A stretch of DNA of 50,375 bases. Source: Nanoarchaeales archaeon (lineage in GTDB: Archaea; Nanobdellota; Nanobdellia; Woesearchaeales; UBA583). The stretch is from assembly GCA_013215525.1 (NCBI GenBank), contig JABSQY010000005.1, forward strand, positions 1-50,375, in the 5' to 3' direction. The position numbers and the translations under genes are program-made. Shown in pieces: positions 9,873-19,881 of the stretch; positions within the stretch are counted from its first letter, which is position 1; each line of letters starts with the position of its first letter. Below the pieces are notes generated by a model. That model ran no database searches. It saw only the letters and a program-made list of their open reading frames with translations, and was not told where the DNA came from.

Positions 9873-10787
9873 TTATTTAAAATTTTTAATTTGTTCTAGA
9901 GTTTGCATTCCTCTAGCACCTTTTGTTGTAACTGAGACTGCTGCTGCTCTGATTCCAAACTGAATTGCTTTTTCAATTGTTTTATTTTCAAATAATTCTG
10001 AAACTAATGCTGCTAAAAAACAGTCACCTGCTCCAGTTGAATCAATTGGGTTATTAATTTTTAAAGCTTCAAATTTCATTTTATCTTTATTTAATTCAAA
10101 AAATTCTACACCATTCTTTCCTTTTGTAATTAAAACTTTTGAACAAATATTTAATAATTTATTTATTTCAATATTTAAAATTTTAAATTCAGATTCACTT
10201 AATATTAAATAATCACTTAAACTAATTAATTCTTTAATTGTATCTAATCCAAATTTTACAAATATATTTCCTGGGGAAAAGATGATTTTTGTGTTATTAA
10301 TTTTTGCTTTTTTAGAAATTGTACAATAATCTTTTAAAATATCTTTACTTACAAGACTTGTAAATACTAAATATTTTAATTTTTCATTATAAAATTCAGT
10401 TGGAAAATCAGTTTCATCAAAGTTTAGATAATTATAGGCATACATTATTCTTTGACTAGTTTTATCAACAATTGAATAACAAGAATTATTAGGTTTTTCT
10501 GAGACTTTTGCAATTGAGTAATTAACATTATCTAATTTGAAATCTTTAAGTAACATGTTTGTATGTCTATCTGTTCCTACATTTCCAAAAAAATAAACAT
10601 TTTTATTTAATTTTCCGATTCCTGCAGCGATATTTGCGGCAGCTCCACCAGATGAATTAGTTATTTCATTAATACTTCTTTCTTCATCTTCTTTACAAAA
10701 TTCATCCACAAAAAGTGTTACATCTACATTTAGAGAACCAACACAGACGATTTTATCTATGTTGATTTGTTTATTTAAATCAGTCAT
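9873..10787 (-). CDS. PfkB-family sugar kinase (ribokinase-like)
   Basis: 304 aa. N-terminal GSLNVDV, a GGAAANIA glycine-rich motif and the C-terminal PfkB signature DSTGAGDCFLAA. Confidence 0.8.
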   Translation of the reverse strand: MTDLNKQINIDKIVCVGSLNVDVTLFVDEFCKEDEERSINEITNSSGGAAANIAAGIGKLNKNVYFFGNVGTDRHTNMLLKDFKLDNVNYSIAKVSEKPNNSCYSIVDKTSQRIMYAYNYLNFDETDFPTEFYNEKLKYLVFTSLVSKDILKDYCTISKKAKINNTKIIFSPGNIFVKFGLDTIKELISLSDYLILSESEFKILNIEINKLLNICSKVLITKGKNGVEFFELNKDKMKFEALKINNPIDSTGAGDCFLAALVSELFENKTIEKAIQFGIRAAAVSVTTKGARGMQTLEQIKNFK

Positions 10788-10809
10788 TTGTTATTATTGT
10801 ATTATATAT

Positions 10810-11976
10810 CTATAATCTTTTATATGCTTTTAATGCGTTTTGTTGAAACTCTTCAATTGGTAAAAATATTTCTTCTTTATTAGCGTCCATATGTTCTTTA
10901 AATTCTTTTTCACCAAGACCTGTTACACTTTTGATTTCAGATTTAATATTTTGCATCATTTGCGCATAAGAAAGTTGAGCATCTATTTCATCCCCATAAA
11001 TTTTTCTCATATCTAATCCCCATTGATTTTGAGCTTGTGAAATTTTTGAGTGTGGATTTGAAGTAATATCTGTTCTATCTTCGCAGATTACAATTTTTTG
11101 TGGTAAGTCTGATTCTTTGATTTGATGGTCAAATACTCCGTGAGAATCAAATAGAGGAGTTAAACCTTGTTTATTAGTTCCGAACACATTTATTCTTGCA
11201 GAATGAGTAGCAAGAGTGTGAGTTGGATTCCAGGCAATTGATCCTGGATGTGCTAACATTGTTTCAATGTCTGAATGGCTATCACCTATATGTGAACCTG
11301 TCCAAATTTTAGTATCTTTATTAAATAAAATCTTTTTTACTGTATTACGTTTATGTTCTCCACCAATAAATCTTAAAATTTCACCATTGTAAATACCATT
11401 ATTTTGTCCAAATTGTGTTGCAATTGTTTTTTCAAGTCCAAGTCTTTGTGATACTTGCTGTGCTCCTTCTTGGTGACCTGCAGTAACATTTGTGATATTG
11501 TAACCTAACTTTTGAAGTTGTTCAATATTTTCTCTAGTACCAGGTACAAATCTCATATGTTTTCCAACAATACTATTGATCTCACTTGGGAGTCCATTTA
11601 ATATTGAACCTACAAATACACAAGGTGCATTCCAACAGTAAGAAGTTTCTCCTCTTGCAACTGCATCAATATTACTATTTGCAACTTTAGTAAAATATTC
11701 TAAAGCTTCATCTCCTCCAATAATTCGACACATATCTCTTGCATTATCATCAATTATTAATACTCCATCCATATCAGATGTTAAGATTTTACTTGAGATA
11801 TGAGACATAAGATAGTCTTCACCCACTTCATGTAGTTTTTTAACTATATTATTTCTCCCAATGATAGATTCAGAGCTTATATTACCATTATTCCCAATAT
11901 AATGTATTTCCATAAATAATTCATATTTCTCCCCTTTAAATAACTTACTATCAAGAGACAACAATAAGTATAACAA
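10810..11976 (-). CDS. HAD-superfamily hydrolase-like protein (function unknown)
   Basis: HAD motif I DMDGVL and motif IV GDSHSD. The likely true start is the internal Met (MEIHY, start codon 11911-11913), which has a TATA-like TTATTTAAAGG ~27 nt upstream on the minus strand. Confidence 0.55.
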   Translation of the reverse strand: MLYLLLSLDSKLFKGEKYELFMEIHYIGNNGNISSESIIGRNNIVKKLHEVGEDYLMSHISSKILTSDMDGVLIIDDNARDMCRIIGGDEALEYFTKVANSNIDAVARGETSYCWNAPCVFVGSILNGLPSEINSIVGKHMRFVPGTRENIEQLQKLGYNITNVTAGHQEGAQQVSQRLGLEKTIATQFGQNNGIYNGEILRFIGGEHKRNTVKKILFNKDTKIWTGSHIGDSHSDIETMLAHPGSIAWNPTHTLATHSARINVFGTNKQGLTPLFDSHGVFDHQIKESDLPQKIVICEDRTDITSNPHSKISQAQNQWGLDMRKIYGDEIDAQLSYAQMMQNIKSEIKSVTGLGEKEFKEHMDANKEEIFLPIEEFQQNALKAYKRL

Positions 11977-11986
11977 ACTTTAAAAA
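11977..11986 (+). promoter_or_regulatory. TATA-like box of purL within a short divergent promoter region
   Basis: ACTTTAAAAA centred ~27 nt upstream of ATG 12009. A mirror-image box for the HAD-like gene lies at ~11935-11946. Confidence 0.4.
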
Positions 11987-12002
11987 GAGGGAAAGTTGAA
12001 AT

Positions 12003-14981
12003 TTGTATATGGTACAAAGAATAGAGATTCAGTTAAAAATTGATGACGCGAGGTCCAAAATTATTAAAAAGGAAATTAATGAAGAATTTTCAAATTTAAT
12101 TAATAATGTTGTAGTCTCAGATGTATATACTTTAGATAAAGATATTTCAAAAGATAATTTTGAAAAAATTAAGGAACTAATTTCAAATCCAATTTGTGAA
12201 AGAATTAGTTTTGAAAATGATTGTGATTTTGGTTTAGACTTTGATTTTGCATTAGAAGTTGGTTTTTTACCAGGTGTTACAGATAATGTTGCAAATACTG
12301 CATCTCAAGTCCTTAAAGATGCTTTAGGAGTTGAAATTCCAGTTTATTCTTCAAAAATTTATTATTTATCTGGTGATTTAACTCTTGATAATGTTAAACA
12401 AATGGGGGAATTTTTATCAAATACTTTAATTCAAAGAAATCATATTAAAAGTTATGATGAATTTAAATCTAATAATAATACAATGGAAAAAATTGTTCCA
12501 AAAGTTAATTTAGATGATAATAAAAAACCATTAGTTGTTGAAATTATTTCAGCATCAGATGATGAATTAATTGAGATTGGAAAAAAAGGAATTTTAGATG
12601 TTGAGTCTGGTGAAAGACGTGGACCTTTAGCTCTTGATTTAGAATCTATGAAAACAATTCAAACATATTTTAAAGATGTTAAAAATAGAAATCCTTTTGA
12701 TATTGAATTAGAAGCTTTAGCTCAAACTTGGTCAGAACATTGTAAACATACAATTTTTGCAGCAAAGATAGATGATGTTCAAGATGGATTATACAAAGGG
12801 TATATTAAAAGAGCAACTAATGACATTCGTAAGATGCTTGGTGAAGATGATTTTTGCGTAAGTGTTTTTACAGATAATTCAGGAGTGATTAAGTTTGATG
12901 ATGATTATTTAATTTCAGATAAAGCTGAAACACATAATAGTCCTTCTGCTCTAGATCCTTTTGGTGGTGCAATTACTGGAATTGTTGGAGTTAATAGAGA
13001 TACTATTGGTGTTGGGATGGGAGCTATGCCAGTAATTAACGGATATGGATTTTGTGTTGCAGATCCTAAAAGTAAACCTGAATTATATAGAGGATTAAAT
13101 AAAACAAATCCTGCTTTAAGTCCTGAAAAAATTATGAAGGGAGTTATTGCTGGAGTTAATGAAGGTGGAAATTGTAGTGGTATTCCTACAATTCAAGGAT
13201 TTATGAATTTTCATGAAGACTTTAGAGGAAAACCTTTAGTGTTTGTTCGTACTGTTGGTTTAATGCCTAAAGAAGTTTGTTCAGTTGATTCAACTAAGAA
13301 AAAAGCAATTCCTGGTGATTTAGTTGTAGTTGTTGGTGGACGTGTTGGAAAAGATGGTATTCATGGAGCTACTTTTTCGTCTGAAGCGATGGATAGTGGA
13401 AGTCCTGCAACTGCTGTTCAAATTGGAGATCCAATTACTCAGAAAAAAGTAAGTGATGTAATTATTAAGGAAGCTAGAGATTTAGGTTTATATACTAGTA
13501 TTACAGATAATGGAGCTGGAGGGATTTCTTGTTCAGTTGCTGAGATGGCAACAGAGTGTGGAGGTTGCGAGGTTGATTTAGAGAAAGTACCTTTAAAGTA
13601 TCCTGGGATGAGCGCTTGGGAAACTTGGATTAGTGAATCACAAGAGAGAATGACTTTATCAATTCCAGAAAAAAATTGGAAACAGTTTAATGATCTTATG
13701 GAATCACGTGGTGTTGAAGCTGTAGTGATTGGTAAATTTACTGATTCTGGGTTATGTGTTGTTAAACAAGATGGTGTTGAGATTATGAATGTTGAGTTAA
13801 GTTTTTTACATGATGGTCAACCTAAAAAAGAATTAAAAACTATTTTTAATAAGAAAACTTTTGATGAACCTAGTTTAGATAATGTTAAAATTAATAAGAG
13901 TTTAGTTGAGATTTCAGGGAAATTAAATATTTGTAGTATTGAGTTTGTTAATAGACAATACGATCATGAAGTTGGTTCTGGTAGTATTTTAAAACCTATT
14001 TCTGGTGTTGGTGAGATTATATCTGATTCATCAGTTACTCGTCCAATTTTAACTTCTAAAAAAGCTATTGGAGTATCTCAATCTTTATTTCCTAGATATG
14101 GAGATATCGACCCATATAATATGGCAAGTTGCGCTATTGATTCATCTGTTAAAAACTTAGTTTGTGTTGGTGTACCTTTTGGAAAGATTGCATTAATGGA
14201 TAATTTTTGTTGGTGTAGTAGTGATGAAATAGAAAGACTAGGACAATTAAAAAGAGCAGTTGAGGGGTGTTATGATTATGCTGTAGCATATAAAGCTCCA
14301 TTTATTTCTGGAAAGGATAGTATGTATAATGATTTTAAAGGATACGATAAAGATAATAATCCTGTTAAAATTTCAGCACCTCCAACTTTATTAATTTCAT
14401 CAATTGGAGTTATGGATGATTATGAAAAATCAGTAAGTTCAGAGATTAAGTTTGAAGGAGATTTAGTTTATGTTATTGGTGAGACTAAAAATGAACTAGG
14501 TGGGAGTGAGTTTTATTCATATTTAGGAGAGAAAGAAACTGGTAAAAGTTATATTGGTAATAATGTGCCTAGTGTTGATTTTGATGTTAATAGTTTAACT
14601 TATAAGAAAATTACTGAGTTAATTGATAAAAAATTAATTGCAAGTTCTATGCCTGTAAATTTTGGAGGTTTAGGTGTTGCTTTTATGAAGATGACAGTTG
14701 GTGGAAATTTAGGTTTAGATGTTGATTTATCAAATGTTTCAAAAGTATGTGATTTATGTGATGTTACAACTTTATATTCAGAGAGTTCTGGAAGAATTGT
14801 TATTTCAATTAATCCAAATGATAAAGAAGAGTTTGAGAAAATTTTATCTGGTGTTCAGTTTAATGAGATTGGAAAAGTAGTTTCAAATAAAGTTTTAAAT
14901 ATCAAAGGAAGAGTACAAGAGGCATCAATTAAAATTGTTGATTTAGAAACAAAATATAAGGAGACTTTAGGAGGTTATTAA
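12003..14981 (+). CDS. purL: Phosphoribosylformylglycinamidine (FGAM) synthase, synthetase subunit PurL with long N-terminal extension
   Basis: AQTWSEHCKHTIF, HNSPSALDPFGGA and DNGAGG motifs. The listed start is TTG; the first ATG is at 12009. About 200 aa precede the SEHC motif, as in large-type PurL. Confidence 0.93.
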   Translation: MYMVQRIEIQLKIDDARSKIIKKEINEEFSNLINNVVVSDVYTLDKDISKDNFEKIKELISNPICERISFENDCDFGLDFDFALEVGFLPGVTDNVANTASQVLKDALGVEIPVYSSKIYYLSGDLTLDNVKQMGEFLSNTLIQRNHIKSYDEFKSNNNTMEKIVPKVNLDDNKKPLVVEIISASDDELIEIGKKGILDVESGERRGPLALDLESMKTIQTYFKDVKNRNPFDIELEALAQTWSEHCKHTIFAAKIDDVQDGLYKGYIKRATNDIRKMLGEDDFCVSVFTDNSGVIKFDDDYLISDKAETHNSPSALDPFGGAITGIVGVNRDTIGVGMGAMPVINGYGFCVADPKSKPELYRGLNKTNPALSPEKIMKGVIAGVNEGGNCSGIPTIQGFMNFHEDFRGKPLVFVRTVGLMPKEVCSVDSTKKKAIPGDLVVVVGGRVGKDGIHGATFSSEAMDSGSPATAVQIGDPITQKKVSDVIIKEARDLGLYTSITDNGAGGISCSVAEMATECGGCEVDLEKVPLKYPGMSAWETWISESQERMTLSIPEKNWKQFNDLMESRGVEAVVIGKFTDSGLCVVKQDGVEIMNVELSFLHDGQPKKELKTIFNKKTFDEPSLDNVKINKSLVEISGKLNICSIEFVNRQYDHEVGSGSILKPISGVGEIISDSSVTRPILTSKKAIGVSQSLFPRYGDIDPYNMASCAIDSSVKNLVCVGVPFGKIALMDNFCWCSSDEIERLGQLKRAVEGCYDYAVAYKAPFISGKDSMYNDFKGYDKDNNPVKISAPPTLLISSIGVMDDYEKSVSSEIKFEGDLVYVIGETKNELGGSEFYSYLGEKETGKSYIGNNVPSVDFDVNSLTYKKITELIDKKLIASSMPVNFGGLGVAFMKMTVGGNLGLDVDLSNVSKVCDLCDVTTLYSESSGRIVISINPNDKEEFEKILSGVQFNEIGKVVSNKVLNIKGRVQEASIKIVDLETKYKETLGGY

Positions 14982-14982
14982 A

Positions 14983-15750
14983 ATGATAAAAGCTATGGTT
15001 ATGACAGGACACGGTATTAATTGTGATAGAGAGACAAGAGAAATTCTTGAGTATGCAGGTTTTGAATCTGAAATAGTACATATTAATGATTTAATTAGTA
15101 AAAAGAAAAAGTTTTCTGATTTTAGTTTAATTGTTTTTGCAGGAGGATTTTCTTATGGAGATGATTTAGGTTCAGGGAAAGCTTTTGCTGCAATGATTAA
15201 AAATAATTTATGGGATGAGTTAATTGAATTTAAAAATAATGGTGGTCTTGTGATTGGTATTTGTAATGGTTTTCAAATTATGAATCATTTAGGTTTATTT
15301 GGTGAAAAGTTAGGAGAGAGAATTAGCGCTTTATTACATAATGAATCAGCTAGATATATTTGTAAATGGGTTGATTTAAAGATTAATACTAATTCAAATT
15401 GTATTTTTACAAAAGGGATTGAGACTTTAAGAGTTCCAATTGCACATGGAGAAGGTAAATTTTATGCAACAGATAGTGTACTTGATGAACTTGAAAAGAA
15501 TAATCAAATTGTATCAACTTATGTAGAAAATCCTAATGGTGCATTAAGAGATATTGCTGGGATTTGTGATGTTTCTGGTAAGTTTTTTGGTTTAATGCCT
15601 CATCCAGAAAGAGCAGCATTTTTTCATAATTTACCTGAATTTCATAAATTAAAAGAGAAATTAAAAAGAGATGGTGAAAAAATTCCTTATGATGCTGATG
15701 GTATTAAGATTTTTAGAAATGCTTTTAATTATTTAAAAAATAATAATTAA
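14983..15750 (+). CDS. purQ: FGAM synthase glutaminase subunit PurQ
   Basis: Class I glutamine amidotransferase with GICNGFQ (catalytic Cys) and MPHPER. Starts 1 nt after purL. Confidence 0.92.
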   Translation: MIKAMVMTGHGINCDRETREILEYAGFESEIVHINDLISKKKKFSDFSLIVFAGGFSYGDDLGSGKAFAAMIKNNLWDELIEFKNNGGLVIGICNGFQIMNHLGLFGEKLGERISALLHNESARYICKWVDLKINTNSNCIFTKGIETLRVPIAHGEGKFYATDSVLDELEKNNQIVSTYVENPNGALRDIAGICDVSGKFFGLMPHPERAAFFHNLPEFHKLKEKLKRDGEKIPYDADGIKIFRNAFNYLKNNN

Positions 15751-15752
15751 TA

Positions 15753-16133
15753 TTATTTTTTAGTTTTTATATGTTTATCTTCTATTGATGCAATACTTGG
15801 GTCAAATTTGAAAGTATCACCTAGTCTATAGTTAGAATATGTGTCTTTAGAAACATAAAATTTTTCACAGTAGTCATTTCCGTATTCAGTTTTTATATTT
15901 TTATCACAAACAGTTAAAATATAATCTTCATCATCAGTTATATTATGTGGTATTTGAATAAACATATTTCCTACCTTTATAGGTATCATTATACTTTTTT
16001 TATTTTCAGGTTCAAATGTTTTATTTTGAACATATCCTTCATTTATTTTATTTGTATCATCAATCATTGAGTCAATTGTTAGATATCCAACATATCCTAA
16101 CATCCCACATATAACTAATTTTAAAGTTTCCAT
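15753..16133 (-). CDS. Hypothetical membrane-anchored small protein
   Basis: 126-aa ORF with an N-terminal hydrophobic helix. Inserted antisense between purQ and purK. Confidence 0.45.
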   Translation of the reverse strand: METLKLVICGMLGYVGYLTIDSMIDDTNKINEGYVQNKTFEPENKKSIMIPIKVGNMFIQIPHNITDDEDYILTVCDKNIKTEYGNDYCEKFYVSKDTYSNYRLGDTFKFDPSIASIEDKHIKTKK

Positions 16134-16413
16134 AACTATATATTTATTTATTTATAAATATTAGTGTCGTTACTACTGATAAAAACATCAAGTCATTAGT
16201 TTATAAATAAAGTTTTATTATATTATATATTCTAAAAATTATAAAATTATTAGATTTGAGAAATATCTTTTCAACTACTGTTATTAACTATTAAGATAGG
16301 TTTTTATGGTTTAAAAAAATAATATCTACTCTGAATTTATATTAAAAAATAAGTAAATTTATATACCTTTAATTTTAAATATTAATTATGATGAGTATTA
16401 TAGGGGAAATAAA

Positions 16414-17532
16414 ATGATTATTGGAATTATTGGTGGTGGACAGTTATGTCGTATGATGGGTCAAGAGATAGAGAGAAAAAATCTAAACCATGAAATTATT
16501 GCGTTAGATCCAACTCCTAATTGTCCTGCAACTCCTTTTATTAAAGAACAAATTATTGGAGATTATAAAGATGAAAATAAAATCCGTGAGCTTGCAAAGA
16601 AAGTTGATGTTTTAACTTTTGAGATTGAACTTGCAAATGCTGAGGTTCTAAAAGAAATTGAAAATTATGGTGTTGTTGTTTGCCCATCTCCAGAATCATT
16701 GTATACTATTCAAGATAAATTTAGACAAAAAATATTTCTTAAAAAAAATGGACTTCCAGTTCCTGATTTTGTACAAATTAAATCTAGAGAAGATTTAGTT
16801 AATGGATTAAATCAGTTTGGATATCCTGCTTTATTAAAAGCTACACAAGATTCTTATGATGGTCGAGGCAATTATGTTATTAAATCAGAAGAAGATATTG
16901 ATATTGGTTTAAAACTATTTGAAAATAGACCTTTAATGCTTGATAGATTTATTAATTTTAAAAAAGAAATTTCAATTATTGCAGCTAGAGATTTAAATGG
17001 AAATATTAAAACATATGATGCTTGCGAGAATATTCATAAGGATAATATTTTAGATATAACTATTGCGCCTGCAAAAATAAGTGATGAGATTTCTAAAAAA
17101 GCAGATGATGTTGCAACTAAAGTTATGAGTGTTTTTAATGGTGCTGGAGTTTTTGGAATTGAGTTATTTGTTACAGAAGATGATAATATTTTAATTAATG
17201 AAATTGCGCCAAGAGTACACAACTCAGGACATCACACAATCGATGCTTGTAATACTTCACAATTTGAACAACATATTAGAGCAATTACAGGTATGGAGTT
17301 AGGTGATACTGATTTAATTAGTAATGCTGTTATGTGTAATATTTTAGGAACTGATTTTGAAGGAGAGTTTGATTTAGTTTGTGATAATTTACCTTCAAAT
17401 GTAACTGTTCATATGTATGATAAAAAGATTGCAAAACCTAAAAGAAAATTAGGTCATGTTACAATACTTGCAGTTAATGAAATTGATGCAAATATTATAA
17501 AAAGTAAAATTGAGTTGAGGAAAAGAGAATGA
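16414..17532 (+). CDS. purK: N5-carboxyaminoimidazole ribonucleotide synthase PurK (ATP-grasp)
   Basis: GIIGGGQL N-terminus, ATP-grasp core and C-terminal RKLGHV. Its stop overlaps the purE start (ATGA). Confidence 0.92.
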   Translation: MIIGIIGGGQLCRMMGQEIERKNLNHEIIALDPTPNCPATPFIKEQIIGDYKDENKIRELAKKVDVLTFEIELANAEVLKEIENYGVVVCPSPESLYTIQDKFRQKIFLKKNGLPVPDFVQIKSREDLVNGLNQFGYPALLKATQDSYDGRGNYVIKSEEDIDIGLKLFENRPLMLDRFINFKKEISIIAARDLNGNIKTYDACENIHKDNILDITIAPAKISDEISKKADDVATKVMSVFNGAGVFGIELFVTEDDNILINEIAPRVHNSGHHTIDACNTSQFEQHIRAITGMELGDTDLISNAVMCNILGTDFEGEFDLVCDNLPSNVTVHMYDKKIAKPKRKLGHVTILAVNEIDANIIKSKIELRKRE

Positions 17533-18410
17533 AAAAATTAATTGAGATAAGAACTGGAAGTAATTCTGATATTCCAAAAATTAAAGAGTGTTATTATTTT
17601 TTAAAAGAGTTAGGTATTTCTTTTTCTCCAAGAATTTTATCAGCACATAGAACACCTGAATTAATGGCTCAAGAAGCTCGTGATTTAGAAAAAAATGGAT
17701 TTTTAGTATCAATTGCTGCTGCCGGTGGGTCTGCTCATTTAGCTGGAATGACTGCATCTGAAACTTGTATTCCAGTTGTTGCTCTTCCAGTTACATCTTC
17801 AGTTGGAGGCCTTGATGCTTTGTTGTCTATGGCTCAAATGCCGCCAGGAATCCCAAATGGGTGTTTAGGACTTGGGCAGGCTGAAAATGCTGCAATTTTA
17901 GCAGCAAGAATTATGAGTTTAGATGATATGGAAGTTAGAAACAAATTATCTTCTAAACTTGATACAAAAATTTTAGCTGAATTAAATAATATTCCAAATA
18001 TTAGTATTGTAACAGATAATGATAAGTTAGATACTTCTCTATTAGATAGATTTGGAATAAATTATTCAATTAATTCAAAGATAGATTCGCCAGTTGTAAT
18101 ATATATATTAGATGAATCTGTAATTTCTAAAAGAATTCCAAATGATGTTGAACAAATTTCAATTATCTCTCCAACTGTTAAAGACTTTGAGAATTTTAAA
18201 TTATCTGAGTTAGATAATTTAGTTGATGGTCCGTACGCTTTTACTGGTGTTCAAAGAGTTTCAAATTCTATGATTTATGCAGCACAAATTTTAGGGAATT
18301 ATTTTCCTAATGTGCGAGATAAGTTTAAAGAATATAAACATGAGTTATATCTTCAAGTTGTAGAAAAAGATAAATTAATTCAAGAAAAAGGAGTCGATTA
18401 TTATTTATAA
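17529..18410 (+). CDS. purE: N5-CAIR mutase PurE (class I-like) with a ~140-aa C-terminal extension resembling a degenerate second PurE domain
   Basis: GSNSD, SAHRTP and AAGGSAHLAGM in the first ~150 aa. The second half repeats the fold pattern (ISIVTD.., ISIISPTV, SNSMIYAAQILG) but lacks the catalytic motifs. Confidence 0.88.
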   Translation: MKKLIEIRTGSNSDIPKIKECYYFLKELGISFSPRILSAHRTPELMAQEARDLEKNGFLVSIAAAGGSAHLAGMTASETCIPVVALPVTSSVGGLDALLSMAQMPPGIPNGCLGLGQAENAAILAARIMSLDDMEVRNKLSSKLDTKILAELNNIPNISIVTDNDKLDTSLLDRFGINYSINSKIDSPVVIYILDESVISKRIPNDVEQISIISPTVKDFENFKLSELDNLVDGPYAFTGVQRVSNSMIYAAQILGNYFPNVRDKFKEYKHELYLQVVEKDKLIQEKGVDYYL

Positions 18411-18505
18411 TTTCACCATATTATTTTAAATATTAACTTATTTTTATTTATTATTCTACATTAATTACTACTTACAATGACAACATATATAAACTAGATT
18501 ATATT

Positions 18506-18811
18506 ATGAATGAAAAATTTTATATGTCTACAAAATCATTTTTAAAAGATAGAAAGGAAGAACTTAGAGTTCTCAGTTTAAAGCATCCAGATGTTGAAAT
18601 TAGATCAAGTACTGAAAATATATATAAATTATATGAGATGAGTACAATTCGAGGAAGACAAAAATTATTGGGTGCTGCAGTTTTAGCTATTGGCGTATTA
18701 ATTGGGTATGGGATTAATAATTATGATGAATTAGCTAATTTAGAAAAACCAGTTTCAATTAATCAAAAACAACATTTAGATGATAAATTATCAAATACTG
18801 GAAATTTCTAA
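18506..18811 (+). CDS. Hypothetical single-pass membrane protein
   Basis: 101-aa ORF with one central hydrophobic helix (LLGAAVLAIGVLIGYGI). Confidence 0.4.
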   Translation: MNEKFYMSTKSFLKDRKEELRVLSLKHPDVEIRSSTENIYKLYEMSTIRGRQKLLGAAVLAIGVLIGYGINNYDELANLEKPVSINQKQHLDDKLSNTGNF

Positions 18812-18833
18812 AAAATAAGTATATTTTAAAATA

Positions 18834-19880
18834 TTACATTAAAGTGTCAAGTATTAAATTTACACTCTCTTTTATTCTTTGTTCTCTTGGCCTTAAGTCT
18901 GGAGAAAATCTTTTACCTGTTAAAAATTGATATCCTTCAATATATCTAACTGCGATTTCGTTTGCTTGCTTTTTTGTAAACATTTGAGTTTTTTCATCTT
19001 TAATCATTCCTCTTGCAAATTCTTTTGAGAAAGATTTAGGATTATTATTTTCATCTAATTCTAGATTTCCTTTACTATCAATTTTCCAAAATCTTGACGA
19101 ATCTAGAGTATATACTTCGTCTGCAACAACAATTTCTCCTTTTGAATTTTCACCGTGTTCTGTTTTTGTATCAACTAATACTAAACCTTTATCTTTTAGA
19201 AATTGAGTTATAATTCCAAATGCTAGAATTGAAGAATTTCTAATTTGAGTGTATTCATCAGTTGTACAAATATTGTTATCAAAAAAGTATTGAGGTTCTT
19301 TTGATTCATCATTTTTATCTTTAGTTGATGGCGTATCCATGATGTATGGTAGTTTACTATTTACAAATAAGTTTTCAGGTAAAACGTGTCCGCAAAATGT
19401 TCTTTGTCCATTTAAATAATGTTGATATAGTGATGTTGATGTTGAACTTTTTGCCATATACATTCTAATTACATTTTCAAATTTTATAATTTTTACATTT
19501 TCTGATGCAATTACTGTAGATGTGGATTTTAGGTTTGGAATCTCAAATTGTGATGACCCTAATACATCTTTTACAAGTTTTAACATAAAGTTATGGTTTG
19601 CTGCAAGAACTTGGTCTTTAAATGGGATTGAACCTCTGTTAACATCATGTGTTGAGATTCTATTTGTTCTAAACATTAATCTAATTGGTTCTCCATTTTT
19701 AGTTTTTAGTTTATCTGAAAATACTGAATCAGAAACTTTCCCAGGTTGGATTGTACAATCAGTTAATCTTGGAATTTCTCCATCTTCAATTAATTGCGTA
19801 ATTGTTCTACCTTCATTTACAAGGTCACAATATGTTTCAACTAATTCTTTTATTTCAAGTTTGTTTAAGATTTGTTCCAT
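18834..19880 (-). CDS. purC: SAICAR synthetase PurC (long form)
   Basis: NRISTHDV (compare DRISAFD) and DTKTEHG / LDSSRFW motifs. 348 aa. Starts 1 nt after the purB stop. Confidence 0.88.
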   Translation of the reverse strand: MEQILNKLEIKELVETYCDLVNEGRTITQLIEDGEIPRLTDCTIQPGKVSDSVFSDKLKTKNGEPIRLMFRTNRISTHDVNRGSIPFKDQVLAANHNFMLKLVKDVLGSSQFEIPNLKSTSTVIASENVKIIKFENVIRMYMAKSSTSTSLYQHYLNGQRTFCGHVLPENLFVNSKLPYIMDTPSTKDKNDESKEPQYFFDNNICTTDEYTQIRNSSILAFGIITQFLKDKGLVLVDTKTEHGENSKGEIVVADEVYTLDSSRFWKIDSKGNLELDENNNPKSFSKEFARGMIKDEKTQMFTKKQANEIAVRYIEGYQFLTGKRFSPDLRPREQRIKESVNLILDTLM

Positions 19881-19881
19881 T

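Noticed and set aside
16388-16417. 9-codon upstream ORF (MMSIIGEIK) ending in a TGA that overlaps the purK ATG.
   Set aside because: Too short and not conserved-looking. In such AT-rich sequence this is expected by chance, and there is no attenuator-like structure around it.
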